A DNA stretch of 64,000 bases. It comes from Obrimoposthia wandeli (taxonomy: Eukaryota). The notes under the pieces were generated by a model, which was given only the letters and a program-made list of their open reading frames with translations, did not search any database and was not told where the DNA came from. The stretch spans positions 248,001-312,000 of the forward strand of contig CDROCS010001101.1 of NCBI GenBank assembly GCA_977020255.1, read 5' to 3'. A program made the position numbers and the translations under genes. Of the stretch, positions 1 to 11,028 are shown in pieces. Position 1 is the stretch's first letter; the number at the start of each line of letters is the position of its first letter.

Positions 1-128
1 TTAGTCACAGTGTTCGATGCAGATTCATAACCTTTATCATAGGCACCTAGACCAGCTAACCAGATGTTACGTGTAATTTGATCTTTAGCAGACCATACTT
101 GTTTTGCTGCAGTAATTACTTTAGACAT
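1..128 (-). CDS. Phasin/PhaF-PhaI-like polyhydroxyalkanoate granule-associated family protein, N-terminal part (runs off window start)
   Basis: Hand translation from ATG at 128: MSKVITAAKQVWSAKDQITRNIWLAGLGAYDKGYESASNTVT. IWLAGLGAY is the hallmark motif of this family. Not in the ORF track. Confidence 0.7.
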   Translation of the reverse strand, partial: MSKVITAAKQVWSAKDQITRNIWLAGLGAYDKGYESASNTVT

Positions 129-371
129 AAATAACCCTTTTTGAAGCCACTAATACAATATAAATTTTATAACTCATATATTATCGAGGTAAATTAGAAG
201 ATACATTCCAAAGTTTTAGATACTTACCCTAGTTCTCCTCCTTAAAACCAGCTTGTGACAAACATCGCTATAATAAATTTCAATTAAATGTAAAAAACCA
301 ACATTTTTGCTAACAAATTAACTTAAATAGCACTAAAATAAGCATCCTTTTGTACTTCCCAGAATTTAACT

Positions 372-1598
372 ATGCCAAGCCAAACCCATAAACTGCAAAT
401 AAATTTTATTATTAAGCTAGGACTTGCATTACATCGTTGCGGTGCAACAAGTTACCGAATTGAAAATCATCTAATTAATTTGGCTAAATTCTGGAATATT
501 GAAGCTAGTTTTCTGGTGACACCGACTGCTTTTACGTTCATTTTTTCAAGCAATCCTGATGAGCAACACACACATATTGTTCGAGTCCAACCTTCTGGTA
601 ATGATCTAGGTAAACTAGCGCGAATAGATGAAATTGTTGAAAAGGTAGTGGACTCACAAGTCACGCTAGACCAAGCAATGGAGTTACTAATCGAAGCCAA
701 ACAACAGCCAAGTTTTTATGGTGTTAAAACTGAAGCTCTAGGTTGGTGTGTTACTGGTGGTGCATTTGCAATGTTACTGTCTTCATCAAGCTTGGATATT
801 ATTAGTTCGTTCCTGTTCTCATTCTTGGTGTTTATACTATACAAATTATCGGCTCACTCTCAACGATTGGGATCCATCGTTGAATTTTTCGCCCCCTTTA
901 TCTCAGCTATTCTCGCTTGCTTTGTGGCCAGCCTTGGCATTACGATCAACGTACCGTTTGTGATTTTATCATCGGTGATTATCTTCATCCCAGGTCTAGC
1001 GATCACGGTGGCATTAAGCGAAATCGTCAATAAAGATCTGGTATCGGGTACATCCAAACTTGTCGATGCAACGATGCTATTGTTTAAATTGTATTTCGGT
1101 GCGTTACTTGGCATTACACTGGGCAACCTGATATGGACTATCGATCCGCAAGTATTAGATATGAGCTATGCGTTACCTGATTGGAAAAACTATATTGCTG
1201 TAGCCGCATTATCAACAGGTCTTGTCGTGGCCTTTAATGTCCATAAATCAGATATGCTTTGGGGTATTGCAGCAGGTTTAATCGCATATGTCGTCAGTAC
1301 TTTTGCAGCACAATATTTAGGCTTTACGTTAGGTACATTTGTGGGCTCGTTTGCCGTTGGCCTGTTCAGTAATATTTACGCCATTATTAAAAACAGACCA
1401 GCATCAATTGTGTTAATCCAAGGTATCGTCTTATTAGTCCCTGGTAGTCGTACTTATATGGACTTAAACACGTATATATCAGGTCATGAAATAATAAATA
1501 ACATTAATGACAGTGGTTTTGTGTTTATGATTTTCATTGCGATCCTTGCAGGTATGATCCTAGCGAATGCTGTATTACCAGCTAAGAAAAGTCTGTAA
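372..1598 (+). CDS. Threonine/serine exporter family protein (ThrE-like, fused two-domain)
   Basis: 408 aa with about 10 TM segments; N-terminal LHRCGATSYRIE, and IPGL and LVPG motifs. Confidence 0.85.
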   Translation: MPSQTHKLQINFIIKLGLALHRCGATSYRIENHLINLAKFWNIEASFLVTPTAFTFIFSSNPDEQHTHIVRVQPSGNDLGKLARIDEIVEKVVDSQVTLDQAMELLIEAKQQPSFYGVKTEALGWCVTGGAFAMLLSSSSLDIISSFLFSFLVFILYKLSAHSQRLGSIVEFFAPFISAILACFVASLGITINVPFVILSSVIIFIPGLAITVALSEIVNKDLVSGTSKLVDATMLLFKLYFGALLGITLGNLIWTIDPQVLDMSYALPDWKNYIAVAALSTGLVVAFNVHKSDMLWGIAAGLIAYVVSTFAAQYLGFTLGTFVGSFAVGLFSNIYAIIKNRPASIVLIQGIVLLVPGSRTYMDLNTYISGHEIINNINDSGFVFMIFIAILAGMILANAVLPAKKSL

Positions 1599-1637
1599 TA
1601 TAGTCAGCTCTCCTTAATAACTGTATATACATCCATG

Positions 1638-1672
1638 TACTCATGCTATCCTTGTGGCATGAGTATTTTTTT
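1638..1672 (+). terminator. Intrinsic terminator after the exporter gene
   Basis: TACTCATGC/GCATGAGTA 9-bp stem followed by T7. Confidence 0.7.
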
Positions 1673-1695
1673 ATAGTTAAATTGATAGCGACATC

Positions 1696-3090
1696 ATGGC
1701 CAAAACTCCCAAAACAAAAACTAGTTTCCTCTGTTCTGAATGTGGCGCTAATTTCCCGCGCTGGCAAGGACAATGTAATGCCTGTAAAGCTTGGAATACG
1801 TTAGCTGAATTCAAAGAGGCAACTCTACCGAGTCAGCAGCGCAGTATTGCATCCCAAGGTGGTTATGCCGGTACACTCGGTAACACCGTCAAAAAGATGT
1901 CTGAAGTATCACATGTTGAATTAAACAAGATTAATACTCAGATAGGTGAATTAGACCGAGTACTCGGTAACGGCCTTACCGTCGGTTCAATCGTACTGAT
2001 CTCCGGTGATCCCGGCGCAGGTAAAACAACGATATTAACTCAGCTGTGCGCAAACTTAAGTAAACAAATGGTTTCTATGTATTGCACAGCAGAAGAAAGC
2101 CTAGAGCAATTCAAAAGTCGTGCAATTGAGCGCTTAAAGATCGATTTCATTGAAGATAACTTGTTACTTATGTCTGAATATATCGTTTCAAACATCATGG
2201 AACGAGCGCTTGAAGCAAAAGTTAAATTCCTTATTATTGACTCGATACAAGCACTTGAGAGCGAACATTGTAACGGTAGTGCAGGTTCTGTTAGCCAAGT
2301 TAAAGGCTGTGCACAAGAGTTAAGCAGATTTTCAAAACAACACGGCATTACCTTGATTATTATCGGTCACGTAACCAAGGGCAGTGATTTAGCTGGTCCT
2401 AAGACCTTAGAACACATTGTTGACACCCTGCTCCACATCGAAGTGAACGACAGCATTATTCGTACTATCCGTGCGAGTAAAAACCGTTTTGGTGACGTTG
2501 ACCAAGTTGGTATCTTCCAGATGCACAGTAAAGGCATGTTGTCAGTTGATAACCCAAGTAAGCTATTTCTATCAGGCGCTGACGAGAACGTTGCCGGTTC
2601 TGCTATCACCTGTATTCGCGATGGTAATCGTAACTTGCTACTCGAAGTGCAGTGCTTAGTATCAGAATGTGAAGCTGAAAACCAACAGCGAGTGAGCATT
2701 GGCTTGAGCTTTAACCGTCTAAAAATGATCACTGCGGTACTGCGTAAACACGGTCGCATTAAACTATTTCATGACGTCTATGTTAACTTAGTGGGCGGTT
2801 TGAAATTACCCGAAACTGATACCAGCGCCGATTTAGCTATCGCAGCATCACTTATTAGCTCACTGAATGATAAGGAAATGTCTCGCAAGCACTGCTTCAT
2901 GGGTGAAATTTCATTAAGCGGAGAAGTAAGACCGATTAATGGGGGTGTGCCACGTGTAAACGAGGCAATTAAACATGGTTTTGAGGTGATATATATTCCA
3001 AAGGCTAACTATCACAAGTCGATGGAAACAAGCGACGCTAAAATAATACAAATTGAAAAAATCGGTGATTTGTTAGAAGCCCTTAATTAA
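1696..3090 (+). CDS. radA: DNA repair protein RadA/Sms (divergent)
   Basis: C4 zinc finger (CSECG...WQGQCNAC), Walker A GDPGAGKT, KNRFG motif, C-terminal Lon-like domain. Confidence 0.92.
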   Translation: MAKTPKTKTSFLCSECGANFPRWQGQCNACKAWNTLAEFKEATLPSQQRSIASQGGYAGTLGNTVKKMSEVSHVELNKINTQIGELDRVLGNGLTVGSIVLISGDPGAGKTTILTQLCANLSKQMVSMYCTAEESLEQFKSRAIERLKIDFIEDNLLLMSEYIVSNIMERALEAKVKFLIIDSIQALESEHCNGSAGSVSQVKGCAQELSRFSKQHGITLIIIGHVTKGSDLAGPKTLEHIVDTLLHIEVNDSIIRTIRASKNRFGDVDQVGIFQMHSKGMLSVDNPSKLFLSGADENVAGSAITCIRDGNRNLLLEVQCLVSECEAENQQRVSIGLSFNRLKMITAVLRKHGRIKLFHDVYVNLVGGLKLPETDTSADLAIAASLISSLNDKEMSRKHCFMGEISLSGEVRPINGGVPRVNEAIKHGFEVIYIPKANYHKSMETSDAKIIQIEKIGDLLEALN

Positions 3091-3207
3091 CTGCCCTGCT
3101 AATCGTTCATATCTAACGCTTTGATGAAGGTTTGTCTAAGTGTTAGATTTAAAGTTAGCTGTTTAAAGAGTAGATACATTAATGCATGATGGTCTAATTT
3201 GAAGGCT

Positions 3208-3240
3208 AAATATAAGGGACATAGTTTGTCCCTTATATTT
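3208..3240. terminator. Terminator between convergent radA and yecH
   Basis: Perfect 14-bp stem AAATATAAGGGACA/TGTCCCTTATATTT with a 5-nt loop. Confidence 0.8.
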
Positions 3241-3482
3241 TATTTATTCTTACAACCACAACTCGTTTGAGCTGTTAAAATACCATCTGACTCTACAATA
3301 CGACCTTTCGTCATCATATTTGCTAAGATTTGGTTTTTATTCATGCCTTTAACTTTGCATGTATGGAATAAATCAAGTGGATACGCTTGCTCGATTAATG
3401 CGAGTAACGCCACTTCATTCATACCCGAAGGTTTTGCTGCTAATAATGCAACTACTTCTCTACCGTGAACAGATTCAGACAT
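3240..3482 (-). CDS. yecH: YecH/DUF2492 family putative metal-binding protein
   Basis: 80 aa; SVHGREV, FHTC and C-terminal Cys motifs. Confidence 0.75.
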   Translation of the reverse strand: MSESVHGREVVALLAAKPSGMNEVALLALIEQAYPLDLFHTCKVKGMNKNQILANMMTKGRIVESDGILTAQTSCGCKNK

Positions 3483-3497
3483 ACGAGCCTCAAAATT

Positions 3498-3932
3498 TTA
3501 TAATTTAAACGTTATAATATGATCTTCTAGATCACCAGCTTGTGATTCAGCAACCGCTTTACCACGGATAGAATACCCTAACTTATGCATTTCTGATTGG
3601 CTACCAGTCAGTAATGGATGCCATTCAGGTATATCATTGCCTTCTAAAAGACGCTTATAAGCACACGTTTCAGGTAACCAGTGAAATGCTTCGATATCAT
3701 CAAGTGTGACTTTAAAACAATCTGAAACGTATTTAAATCGCTTTTCATATTTCTTACAGCGACATGTTTTAGTGTTCAATAGTTCACAAGCAACATTAGT
3801 AAAATGAATATCTTCTGATTCATCTTCAATTATTTTATGTAAACAACACTTACCACATCCATCGCAGAGTGATTCCCACTCTGCTTCTGTCATTTTAGCG
3901 AGTGTTTTAGTCTGCCAAAATTTTTCAACCAT
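3498..3932 (-). CDS. ycgN: YcgN family cysteine-cluster protein (UPF0260)
   Basis: WESLCDGCGKCCLHK and WLPETCAY motifs; typical ycgL/M/N-min context. Confidence 0.92.
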   Translation of the reverse strand: MVEKFWQTKTLAKMTEAEWESLCDGCGKCCLHKIIEDESEDIHFTNVACELLNTKTCRCKKYEKRFKYVSDCFKVTLDDIEAFHWLPETCAYKRLLEGNDIPEWHPLLTGSQSEMHKLGYSIRGKAVAESQAGDLEDHIITFKL

Positions 3933-3943
3933 GTAATTAATCT

Positions 3944-4615
3944 CTAAATGAACTTGCAGCCGAACTTATAACGGTTTGCTAGTGTTAATGCAAGCTTATC
4001 GCCCGAATTTAACACCCCAACCCCCGCTGGTGTACCTGTTAAGACTATATCTCCAGGTAACAAGGTAAAGCATGATGTAATTTCAGTTAATAATGACTCA
4101 ATCGAGCGCATCATGTTTGCAGTACAACCCTGCTGTCGAATCTGTTCATTAACCGTTAAGGTAAAGTTAATATTATTCAGATCATCAAATTCAGCAAGTG
4201 GTACAAAAGGAGATACCGGACAGGCTTTATCAAATGCTTTTGCTCTTTCCCAAGGATGTCCTTGTGACTTTAGCGACGATTGTAAGTCACGTAAAGTCAG
4301 GTCTAGCCCTAAGCCAACACCCCAAATCAATTCTGACAGTACAATTGGCATGCCTTTGGTTATTGGAGACTTAATTAATAACGCCACTTCTAACTCATTA
4401 TGGCATTCACCTAAACCAACTGGCAATTGTAGCGATTCATCGAGTGCAACTAATGACGTTGCAGGCTTGATGAAGAGTAAAGCTTGTTCTGGCACCTCAT
4501 TACCAAGTTCACGGATGTGATCCAAGTAATTACGGCCAATACACACAACTTTGCCAGCTGGCAGAGCCAATTTGTCGTTACTTATTGTTTGGTGCTGATA
4601 AAGCGTGTCCATCAT
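3944..4615 (-). CDS. ycgM: Fumarylacetoacetate hydrolase family protein (YcgM)
   Basis: KVVCIGRNY, HNELEVAL, AKAFD and GDIVLTGTPAGVG motifs. Confidence 0.9.
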   Translation of the reverse strand: MMDTLYQHQTISNDKLALPAGKVVCIGRNYLDHIRELGNEVPEQALLFIKPATSLVALDESLQLPVGLGECHNELEVALLIKSPITKGMPIVLSELIWGVGLGLDLTLRDLQSSLKSQGHPWERAKAFDKACPVSPFVPLAEFDDLNNINFTLTVNEQIRQQGCTANMMRSIESLLTEITSCFTLLPGDIVLTGTPAGVGVLNSGDKLALTLANRYKFGCKFI

Positions 4616-4616
4616 T

Positions 4617-5579
4617 TCAATCCCTGAATTTTATTGCGTCTGATAAATGTGCGACCGATGTAGCAAAGTAATCTGAACGGTTCCAACGCATAATACTTTT
4701 ATAGTTATTGTAAGCTAAGTATGTGCGCCCTTTCACACCATCGGGCATGACAAGTGATGCATCAAGGTCGACATTTGGTAACGCCTTTCCTTCAAATGTT
4801 CTGATCCCTAAGTCTTGCCACTCTGCTAATTTTTTGGTTATTTTCAATCCGGATATCTCCGCATTGTAGTTCGCAGGTAATTTAACCTGGCGGCCCCAAG
4901 TATAAGTGTCATCCCAATTAGCTTGCTTTAGATAATTAGCTGCAGATGCTAATGCGTCTTCTCTGCTATTCCAAATATCCTTTTTACCATCTTTATTATA
5001 ATCTACGGCATAAGCATTAAATGAAGATGGCATAAATTGTACCTGCCCCATTGCACCAGCCCAAGAACCTTTCATATCCTCAGTAGTAATGTGACCTTCA
5101 TCAATAATCTTTAATGCCGCGAATAATTCTTTTTTGAAGAATGCTTCACGTCGACCATCATAGGCAAGAGTCGCTAATGCAGATAATGTAGAGAAATTGC
5201 CAGTGTAGTTACCAAAGTTAGTTTCAACACCCCACAATGCGATAATAAAACGAGGTTGAACACCAAAGTCTTTGCCTATGCGCTGCAACAGTTCAATATT
5301 TTCGTCATAGTGCTTACGAGCGACAGCAATTTTCCACTCGGGAACAGCTCTGGGAATGTAAGCATCAAGGGTAATCTTTTTACGTTCTGGCTGCGCTTTA
5401 TCATGCGCAATGGTCTTTTCACGGTATTTAATCGAAGCAAATGCATCATCGAGAGTTTCCGAGCTCAACCCTAGCGTCTCAGATTCCGTTCGTAAGGTAG
5501 ATAAATACTCATCAAATGTCGGTTTAGCTGATACAGCTGATGTACTTAAAGCAAATAATACCAATCCTGCTAATTTCAT
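4617..5579 (-). CDS. Lytic murein transglycosylase (MltB-like SLT_2 family), secreted
   Basis: Signal peptide; ALWGVETNFG with catalytic Glu; GSWAGAMGQVQFMPSS; WNRS. Confidence 0.9.
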   Translation of the reverse strand: MKLAGLVLFALSTSAVSAKPTFDEYLSTLRTESETLGLSSETLDDAFASIKYREKTIAHDKAQPERKKITLDAYIPRAVPEWKIAVARKHYDENIELLQRIGKDFGVQPRFIIALWGVETNFGNYTGNFSTLSALATLAYDGRREAFFKKELFAALKIIDEGHITTEDMKGSWAGAMGQVQFMPSSFNAYAVDYNKDGKKDIWNSREDALASAANYLKQANWDDTYTWGRQVKLPANYNAEISGLKITKKLAEWQDLGIRTFEGKALPNVDLDASLVMPDGVKGRTYLAYNNYKSIMRWNRSDYFATSVAHLSDAIKFRD

Positions 5580-5619
5580 TTTATCTCCTTATAAATACAT
5601 TTAAATAATAGTGCTACTA

Positions 5620-5898
5620 TTATTTGTTACGATCACGCCGAGCTTTGTATTCAATTAAGTGATCAATTGGCGGTGGCGGCATTTGTAAATAGAAACCTTT
5701 TGTAGTGAGGTCTTCTAACACCAATGTTGAATCAGCAAACGCTAAAGTGCGTTTTTCTGTTAAATTCATGGTGACAACTAACTTAGGTTGACCGAACATT
5801 CCCATTAAAGTTTCAGGAACTTGGCTAAAATCGTCTCGACGGGAAATAAATAAGAACATCCCTTCTTTTTTATTTGTTTTATATATTGAACAAAGCAT
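5620..5898 (-). CDS. ycgL: YcgL domain protein
   Basis: MLCSIYK...GFYLQMPPP; divergent from minC. Confidence 0.9.
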   Translation of the reverse strand: MLCSIYKTNKKEGMFLFISRRDDFSQVPETLMGMFGQPKLVVTMNLTEKRTLAFADSTLVLEDLTTKGFYLQMPPPPIDHLIEYKARRDRNK

Positions 5899-6026
5899 TG
5901 TATTTCTCTTAAGTTATAAACTTGCCTATTTTCCGAGTAAAATATAACATGGCATAATGATTTATCTAAGTGCTATAACGATAAATACTAAAACAGGCAT
6001 AAAAACTAAGCAATCAGGAAATATTC

Positions 6027-6743
6027 ATGGCAGAACAGTCAATAAAATTTAAAGGGACTAGCTTTACACTTTCAGTCATTCATATCGAAAATGATGCAGC
6101 AATGATTAATCTTCACTCCTTTATTGCTGACAAAGTAGCCCAAGCACCTGCATTCTTTAAATCTGCACCAGTTGTTGTGAATGTCGCCAACTTAGCTGAA
6201 GACATTGATTTTGTGACTATCCAACAGGTTATTACGCAAAACGGCATGAATTTAGTGGGCATTGAAGGCTGCCAAACGGCAGAGCAAAAATTAGCAGTGC
6301 GTGAGGCTGGACTTTCAGTTATATCAAATACGGCTAAAAATACCGCAACTAAATTAGTCCCAGCAACGCAAGTAGCCCCCGAAGTACAAACTGTTATAGT
6401 CGAAAAATCAGTAACAAAGACTATAGTTCATAAAGGACAGATTCGTTCTGGTCAGCAAATTTATGCACAAGATGCCTCATTAACAGTACTTGGTAACATC
6501 AGTGCCGGTGCTGAGGTGATAGCAGATGGCTCTATTCATATATATGGCGCGTTACGTGGTAGAGCAATAGCAGGCGCTAAAGGTGACGACAGCGCACAAA
6601 TTTTTTGTAACAAATTAGACCCAGAATTGCTGTCAATTAATGGCACTTATATTTTAAGTGACGCTGTTCAAGATCAGTTTATAAATGCTCAAACACAAAT
6701 TAATTGTATAAATAACAAATTAGAAATTACAAAGTTCGATTAA
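6027..6743 (+). CDS. minC: Septum site-determining protein MinC
   Basis: FKGTSFTL; IRSGQQIYA; GAEVIADGSIHIYGALRGRAIAG. Confidence 0.97.
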   Translation: MAEQSIKFKGTSFTLSVIHIENDAAMINLHSFIADKVAQAPAFFKSAPVVVNVANLAEDIDFVTIQQVITQNGMNLVGIEGCQTAEQKLAVREAGLSVISNTAKNTATKLVPATQVAPEVQTVIVEKSVTKTIVHKGQIRSGQQIYAQDASLTVLGNISAGAEVIADGSIHIYGALRGRAIAGAKGDDSAQIFCNKLDPELLSINGTYILSDAVQDQFINAQTQINCINNKLEITKFD

Positions 6744-6758
6744 ATTCAAGGAATTAAA

Positions 6759-7568
6759 ATGGCTGAAATTATTGTTGTTACATCGGGTAAAGGTGGTGTA
6801 GGTAAAACAACTACCAGCGCTGCGATTGCTACTGGACTAGCACTCAGAGGGAAAAGAACTGTTGTTATCGATTTCGATATCGGTTTACGTAATTTAGATT
6901 TAATCATGGGCTGTGAACGCCGCGTGGTTTATGACTTCGTAAATGTCATCAATGGTGAAGCGAACCTGTCTCAAGCACTGATCAAAGATAAGCGTGTTCC
7001 TAACCTACATATCCTGCCTGCGTCTCAAACTCGAGATAAAGATGCACTAACGAAAGAAGGTGTAGGTAAAGTTTTGGACAAACTTGCTGAAAATCACGAC
7101 TACATTGTGTGTGATTCTCCTGCTGGTATCGAAGCTGGCGCAATGATGGCGTTATACTTCGCTGACATCGCTGTTATCACGACTAACCCAGAAGTATCGT
7201 CTGTGCGCGATTCAGACCGTATTATAGGCATGCTACAAAGCCGATCTCGTCGTGCTGAACTTGGTCTTGAACCAATTAAAGAACATCTGCTTATTACACG
7301 TTACGTACCAGAACGTGTAGAACGTGGTGATATGCTAAGTGTAGAAAGCATCACAGAGATTCTAGCTGTTCCACTTGCTGGTGTTATCCCTGAGTCAGGC
7401 GCAGTACTGAAAGCATCTAACTGTGGCCAACCAGTCATATTAGATACTGAAAGCGATGCAGGACAAGCTTATGCTGATACAGTAGCAAGAATACTCGGTG
7501 AAGAACGCGAGTTTCGTTTTATTAATGTAGAAAAGAAAGGCTTTTTAAGCAGAATATTTGGAGGTTAA
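6759..7568 (+). CDS. minD: Septum site-determining ATPase MinD
   Basis: [10 protein letters not shown] deviant Walker A; C-terminal amphipathic [11 protein letters not shown]. Confidence 0.98.
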   Translation: MAEIIVVTSGKGGVGKTTTSAAIATGLALRGKRTVVIDFDIGLRNLDLIMGCERRVVYDFVNVINGEANLSQALIKDKRVPNLHILPASQTRDKDALTKEGVGKVLDKLAENHDYIVCDSPAGIEAGAMMALYFADIAVITTNPEVSSVRDSDRIIGMLQSRSRRAELGLEPIKEHLLITRYVPERVERGDMLSVESITEILAVPLAGVIPESGAVLKASNCGQPVILDTESDAGQAYADTVARILGEEREFRFINVEKKGFLSRIFGG

Positions 7569-7569
7569 A

Positions 7570-7833
7570 ATGTCGTTACTAGATTATTTCCGTACATCTA
7601 AACCAGATGTAAAATCAGCAAATTTAGCGAAGGATCGTTTACAGATAATTGTTGCTCATGAACGTAGTTTACGTAATAACACTCCAGATTATTTACCACA
7701 ACTAAAATTAGATATTCTTGAAGTAATTAAAAAATATGTAGCTGTGACGTCAGATCAAGTAAGTGTGCAGCTTGATCAAAGAGACAACAATCTTTCAGTA
7801 TTAGAGTTAAATGTGACCCTGCCTGAAGAGTGA
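7570..7833 (+). CDS. minE: Cell division topological specificity factor MinE
   Basis: MSLLDYF...[13 protein letters not shown]; start taken at ATG 7570 after GGAGG. Confidence 0.97.
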   Translation: MSLLDYFRTSKPDVKSANLAKDRLQIIVAHERSLRNNTPDYLPQLKLDILEVIKKYVAVTSDQVSVQLDQRDNNLSVLELNVTLPEE

Positions 7834-7847
7834 TATACATTTAAAAT

Positions 7848-7886
7848 AAAAGAGAGTGGATAATATATTACCCACTCTCTTTTTTT
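7848..7886. terminator. Bidirectional terminator between minE and rnd
   Basis: 12-bp stem AAAAGAGAGTGG/CCACTCTCTTTT with A and T tails. Confidence 0.85.
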
Positions 7887-7905
7887 ACTGATTTTTACTT
7901 ATTAC

Positions 7906-9033
7906 TTATTTAGCCATTAAGCTTTCAAATATAGTATTACCAATCAGTTCAGCACGCCAATTAGATAACATAATCGGCTTATCCCCTACTTGGCGATCTT
8001 CTTCTGTCAATTCCCAACACCAATTCAATAGTTCGTTAATAATCTTCTTTGAACCAATCAATTCTGCAGGAATATTCGTCTGTTCTGCCACGAGTGCAAT
8101 TTTATTACGTATACCTTGTACTATTTTTTTATAGCCAGGGTAATCAGAAATACGTGTTAACGGTTCAGGCAATTCATCATCAGGTAATTGTGCTACCTGT
8201 TTAACGATTTCAATAATTTGTTTACCATGACGTTTTATTTCGATTGGTAGCAACTCAAGCTTATTTAAATCACGTAATGATTGTGGTTGTTGTTTTGCGA
8301 CTTCAAGAATATGAGCCTCTTTTACAACAAAGTTTACGGCCATATCACGATTTATAGCATTGTTTTCACGCCATTCACCTAATGCTTGTAATGTTGCTAG
8401 TTGGCGAGGTGACAAGAAAGATGCGTTCTTGAACTGCTTATATACAGTGCTAGGTTTTTTCTTTGCCGACTTACGACGGCGTAAATTATCTAATTCTTGT
8501 AGATAATAATCATAGTACCCTAGCTCATCAAGTTTCGCTTTTAATGCATTCCAACAAGGTAATAAATGATACACGTCAGCCGCTGCATAACTTAACTGTT
8601 TCTCTGTTAATGGTCGAGCTAACCAGTTTGAGCGTGACTCACCTTTGTCTAGGGTGATGTTTTGGTATTCAGATACTAAACCACCAAAGCCGAGCGAAGA
8701 ACCGAGTCCACAAAATGCCGCTGCGATTTGAGTATCATGGAAAAAATCTGGGAATTTATTTGCTTCCGTCATAAATACGTCGAGGTCTTCAGAGCAAGCG
8801 TGAAGTACAACAGGGTGACGGTCAAGAAGTTGCCACAATGAACTTAAGTCATCTACGGCAAGTGGATCAACTAAATAAGTTTCAGTACCAGTGTAAAGCT
8901 GAAACAATCCGAGAATGGGGTAATAAGTACGCTGCCTGATAAATTCAGTGTCGATTGCTAAAACTTCAACTTCGGCACATTGAGCTATCATTTTTTGCAA
9001 TGTTATTTGATCTTCAACTAAAATATATTCCAC
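7906..9033 (-). CDS. rnd: Ribonuclease D
   Basis: AIDTEF (DEDD exonuclease), DWS-like SNWLARPL, YAAADV, HRDC domains. Confidence 0.95.
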   Translation of the reverse strand: MEYILVEDQITLQKMIAQCAEVEVLAIDTEFIRQRTYYPILGLFQLYTGTETYLVDPLAVDDLSSLWQLLDRHPVVLHACSEDLDVFMTEANKFPDFFHDTQIAAAFCGLGSSLGFGGLVSEYQNITLDKGESRSNWLARPLTEKQLSYAAADVYHLLPCWNALKAKLDELGYYDYYLQELDNLRRRKSAKKKPSTVYKQFKNASFLSPRQLATLQALGEWRENNAINRDMAVNFVVKEAHILEVAKQQPQSLRDLNKLELLPIEIKRHGKQIIEIVKQVAQLPDDELPEPLTRISDYPGYKKIVQGIRNKIALVAEQTNIPAELIGSKKIINELLNWCWELTEEDRQVGDKPIMLSNWRAELIGNTIFESLMAK

Positions 9034-9043
9034 TTAGAACCTC

Positions 9044-9081
9044 AAAAAAAAGCCACTTTCTTAAAATTTAGAAAGTGGCTT
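9044..9081 (-). terminator. Terminator after fadD
   Basis: 12-bp stem AAGCCACTTTCT/AGAAAGTGGCTT with a T-run on the minus strand. Confidence 0.8.
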
Positions 9082-9141
9082 AATTTTAACGAAATATATT
9101 ACTAATTATAAGTGTTTTATGACTTTTAATTAGATAAATCG

Positions 9142-10797
9142 TTAATCACGTAATTCACGACGTAATATTTTACCTACATTACTCTTAGGTAACTCATCAC
9201 GGAATTCAATAATACGTGGGATCTTGTATGCTGTTAGGTGCTCACGACAATGCGCAACAATTTCTTCTTTCGAAATTTCACCCTTTTTAACAACAAAGAT
9301 TTTAACTGTTTCGCCTGATGATTCATGAGGAACACCAATTGCAGCAGCTTCAAGAATGTTGTCATTCATCGTTAGCACATCTTCAATTTCATTAGGGAAA
9401 ACGTTAAACCCTGAAACAAGGATCATATCTTTCTTACGATCAACAATGTAGAAGAATCCATCTTCGTCCATACGGGCGATGTCACCCGTATTCAACCAGC
9501 CATCAGTAATAACTTCAGCTGTGTCTTGAGGACGCTGCCAATAGCCTTGCATCACCTGAGGACCACTTACTTGCATTTCACCTACAGCACCAGGTTTTGT
9601 TAATACGCCACCTTCATCATCGATGATACGAACATCGGTTGATGAAACAGGTAAACCAATTGAACCATTATATTCATGTAGATCGTATGGGTTTACTGTC
9701 ACCAATGGTGAACACTCTGTTAAACCATAACCTTCAAGTAGATGGCAACCCGTGATCTTCTTCCATTTTTCAGCAACTGAACGTTGAACGGCCATGCCGC
9801 CACCAACAGAAAGTTTTAATGCTGAGAAATCAACGTTAGCAAACGTTTCATCATTAACCAGCGCATTAAATAGTGTGTTAACACCGGTTATCGCTGTTGG
9901 TTTATGATCATCAATTTCTTTGATTAATGCAGGAAGGTCACGAGGGTTAGTAATAAGAATATTCTTACCACCACCCAAGAAGAATAGTAATCCATTCACT
10001 GTCAATGCAAATACGTGATATAGCGGTAATGCAGTGATCACAGTTTCTTTGCCAGGATCAATGATACTACCGTAAGCACCTTCGGCTTGTAATACGTTAG
10101 CCAGCATATTCTTGTGCGTTAATACTGCACCTTTAGAAACACCTGTTGTACCACCGGTATATTGAAGGAAAGCAATATCATCAAAACCAGTTTCAACTTT
10201 AGTAAACGGTAATGAACGTCCTTTACTCAATACACGATTAAACGGGATCGCATTTGGCAGATTGAATTTAGGCACCATTTTTTTCACATACTTAACAACT
10301 AAGTTTGTGATCGCACCTTTAACAGGAGAGAACAAATCACCGAGTTGCGTTAAGATCACGTGTTCAATAGGTGAATCTTTAACTACTTTTTCTAATACGC
10401 TTGCGAAGTTGGAAATAATAACAATTGCTTTAGCACCAGAGTCATTTAACTGATGTTTTAACTCGCGCGGTGTATATAAAGGATTTACATTAACAACAAC
10501 CATGCCTGCACGTAAAATACCAAACAACGCGATTGGGTATTGAAGCAAGTTCGGCATCATTAACGCGACACGGTCGCCTTTAGATAACTTAAGCTCATTT
10601 TGAAGGTAAGCTGCGAATGCTCGAGATTTCTCATCGATTTCGCCATACGTTAATGAACAACCCATATTTACATACGCAGGGTTAGCTGCGTAATTTTGAA
10701 CTGTCTGATCGAATATATCGTTTAAAGAACGAAATGAACCGAAATCGATTTCAGCGGGTACATTTTCCGGGTATCTCTTTAACCAAACCTTTTCCAC
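9142..10797 (-). CDS. fadD: Long-chain-fatty-acid--CoA ligase
   Basis: [14 protein letters not shown]-binding motif; GYGLTE; [10 protein letters not shown]; adjacent to rnd. Confidence 0.96.
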   Translation of the reverse strand: MEKVWLKRYPENVPAEIDFGSFRSLNDIFDQTVQNYAANPAYVNMGCSLTYGEIDEKSRAFAAYLQNELKLSKGDRVALMMPNLLQYPIALFGILRAGMVVVNVNPLYTPRELKHQLNDSGAKAIVIISNFASVLEKVVKDSPIEHVILTQLGDLFSPVKGAITNLVVKYVKKMVPKFNLPNAIPFNRVLSKGRSLPFTKVETGFDDIAFLQYTGGTTGVSKGAVLTHKNMLANVLQAEGAYGSIIDPGKETVITALPLYHVFALTVNGLLFFLGGGKNILITNPRDLPALIKEIDDHKPTAITGVNTLFNALVNDETFANVDFSALKLSVGGGMAVQRSVAEKWKKITGCHLLEGYGLTECSPLVTVNPYDLHEYNGSIGLPVSSTDVRIIDDEGGVLTKPGAVGEMQVSGPQVMQGYWQRPQDTAEVITDGWLNTGDIARMDEDGFFYIVDRKKDMILVSGFNVFPNEIEDVLTMNDNILEAAAIGVPHESSGETVKIFVVKKGEISKEEIVAHCREHLTAYKIPRIIEFRDELPKSNVGKILRRELRD

Positions 10798-11028
10798 CGT
10801 AACACTCCTTTTTATTTAACTTTTTAATTCTACAAAACAAAATCAGTATTATTAATCCCTTAATAATAACTAATTGCTATTGATGAAATTGTTTATTGTG
10901 ACTAGATCTTAATTGATTAACACTCAATTAACAAATGAAATATCGACATTAGCAGTTTATTTAAACCTTCATAATTTAGAATTAGATAACAATTATTCTA
11001 TTTTAGTTGATTTAATAAACCATTATAT

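Noticed and set aside
1621-1636. SOS-box-like CTGTATATACATCCAT upstream of radA
   Set aside because: The invariant terminal CAG is CAT, and the site lies upstream of the terminator hairpin; not supportable as a LexA site.
10898-10913. CRP-like site TGTGA-N6-CTTAA upstream of fadD
   Set aside because: Only one good half-site; no FadR box seen either.
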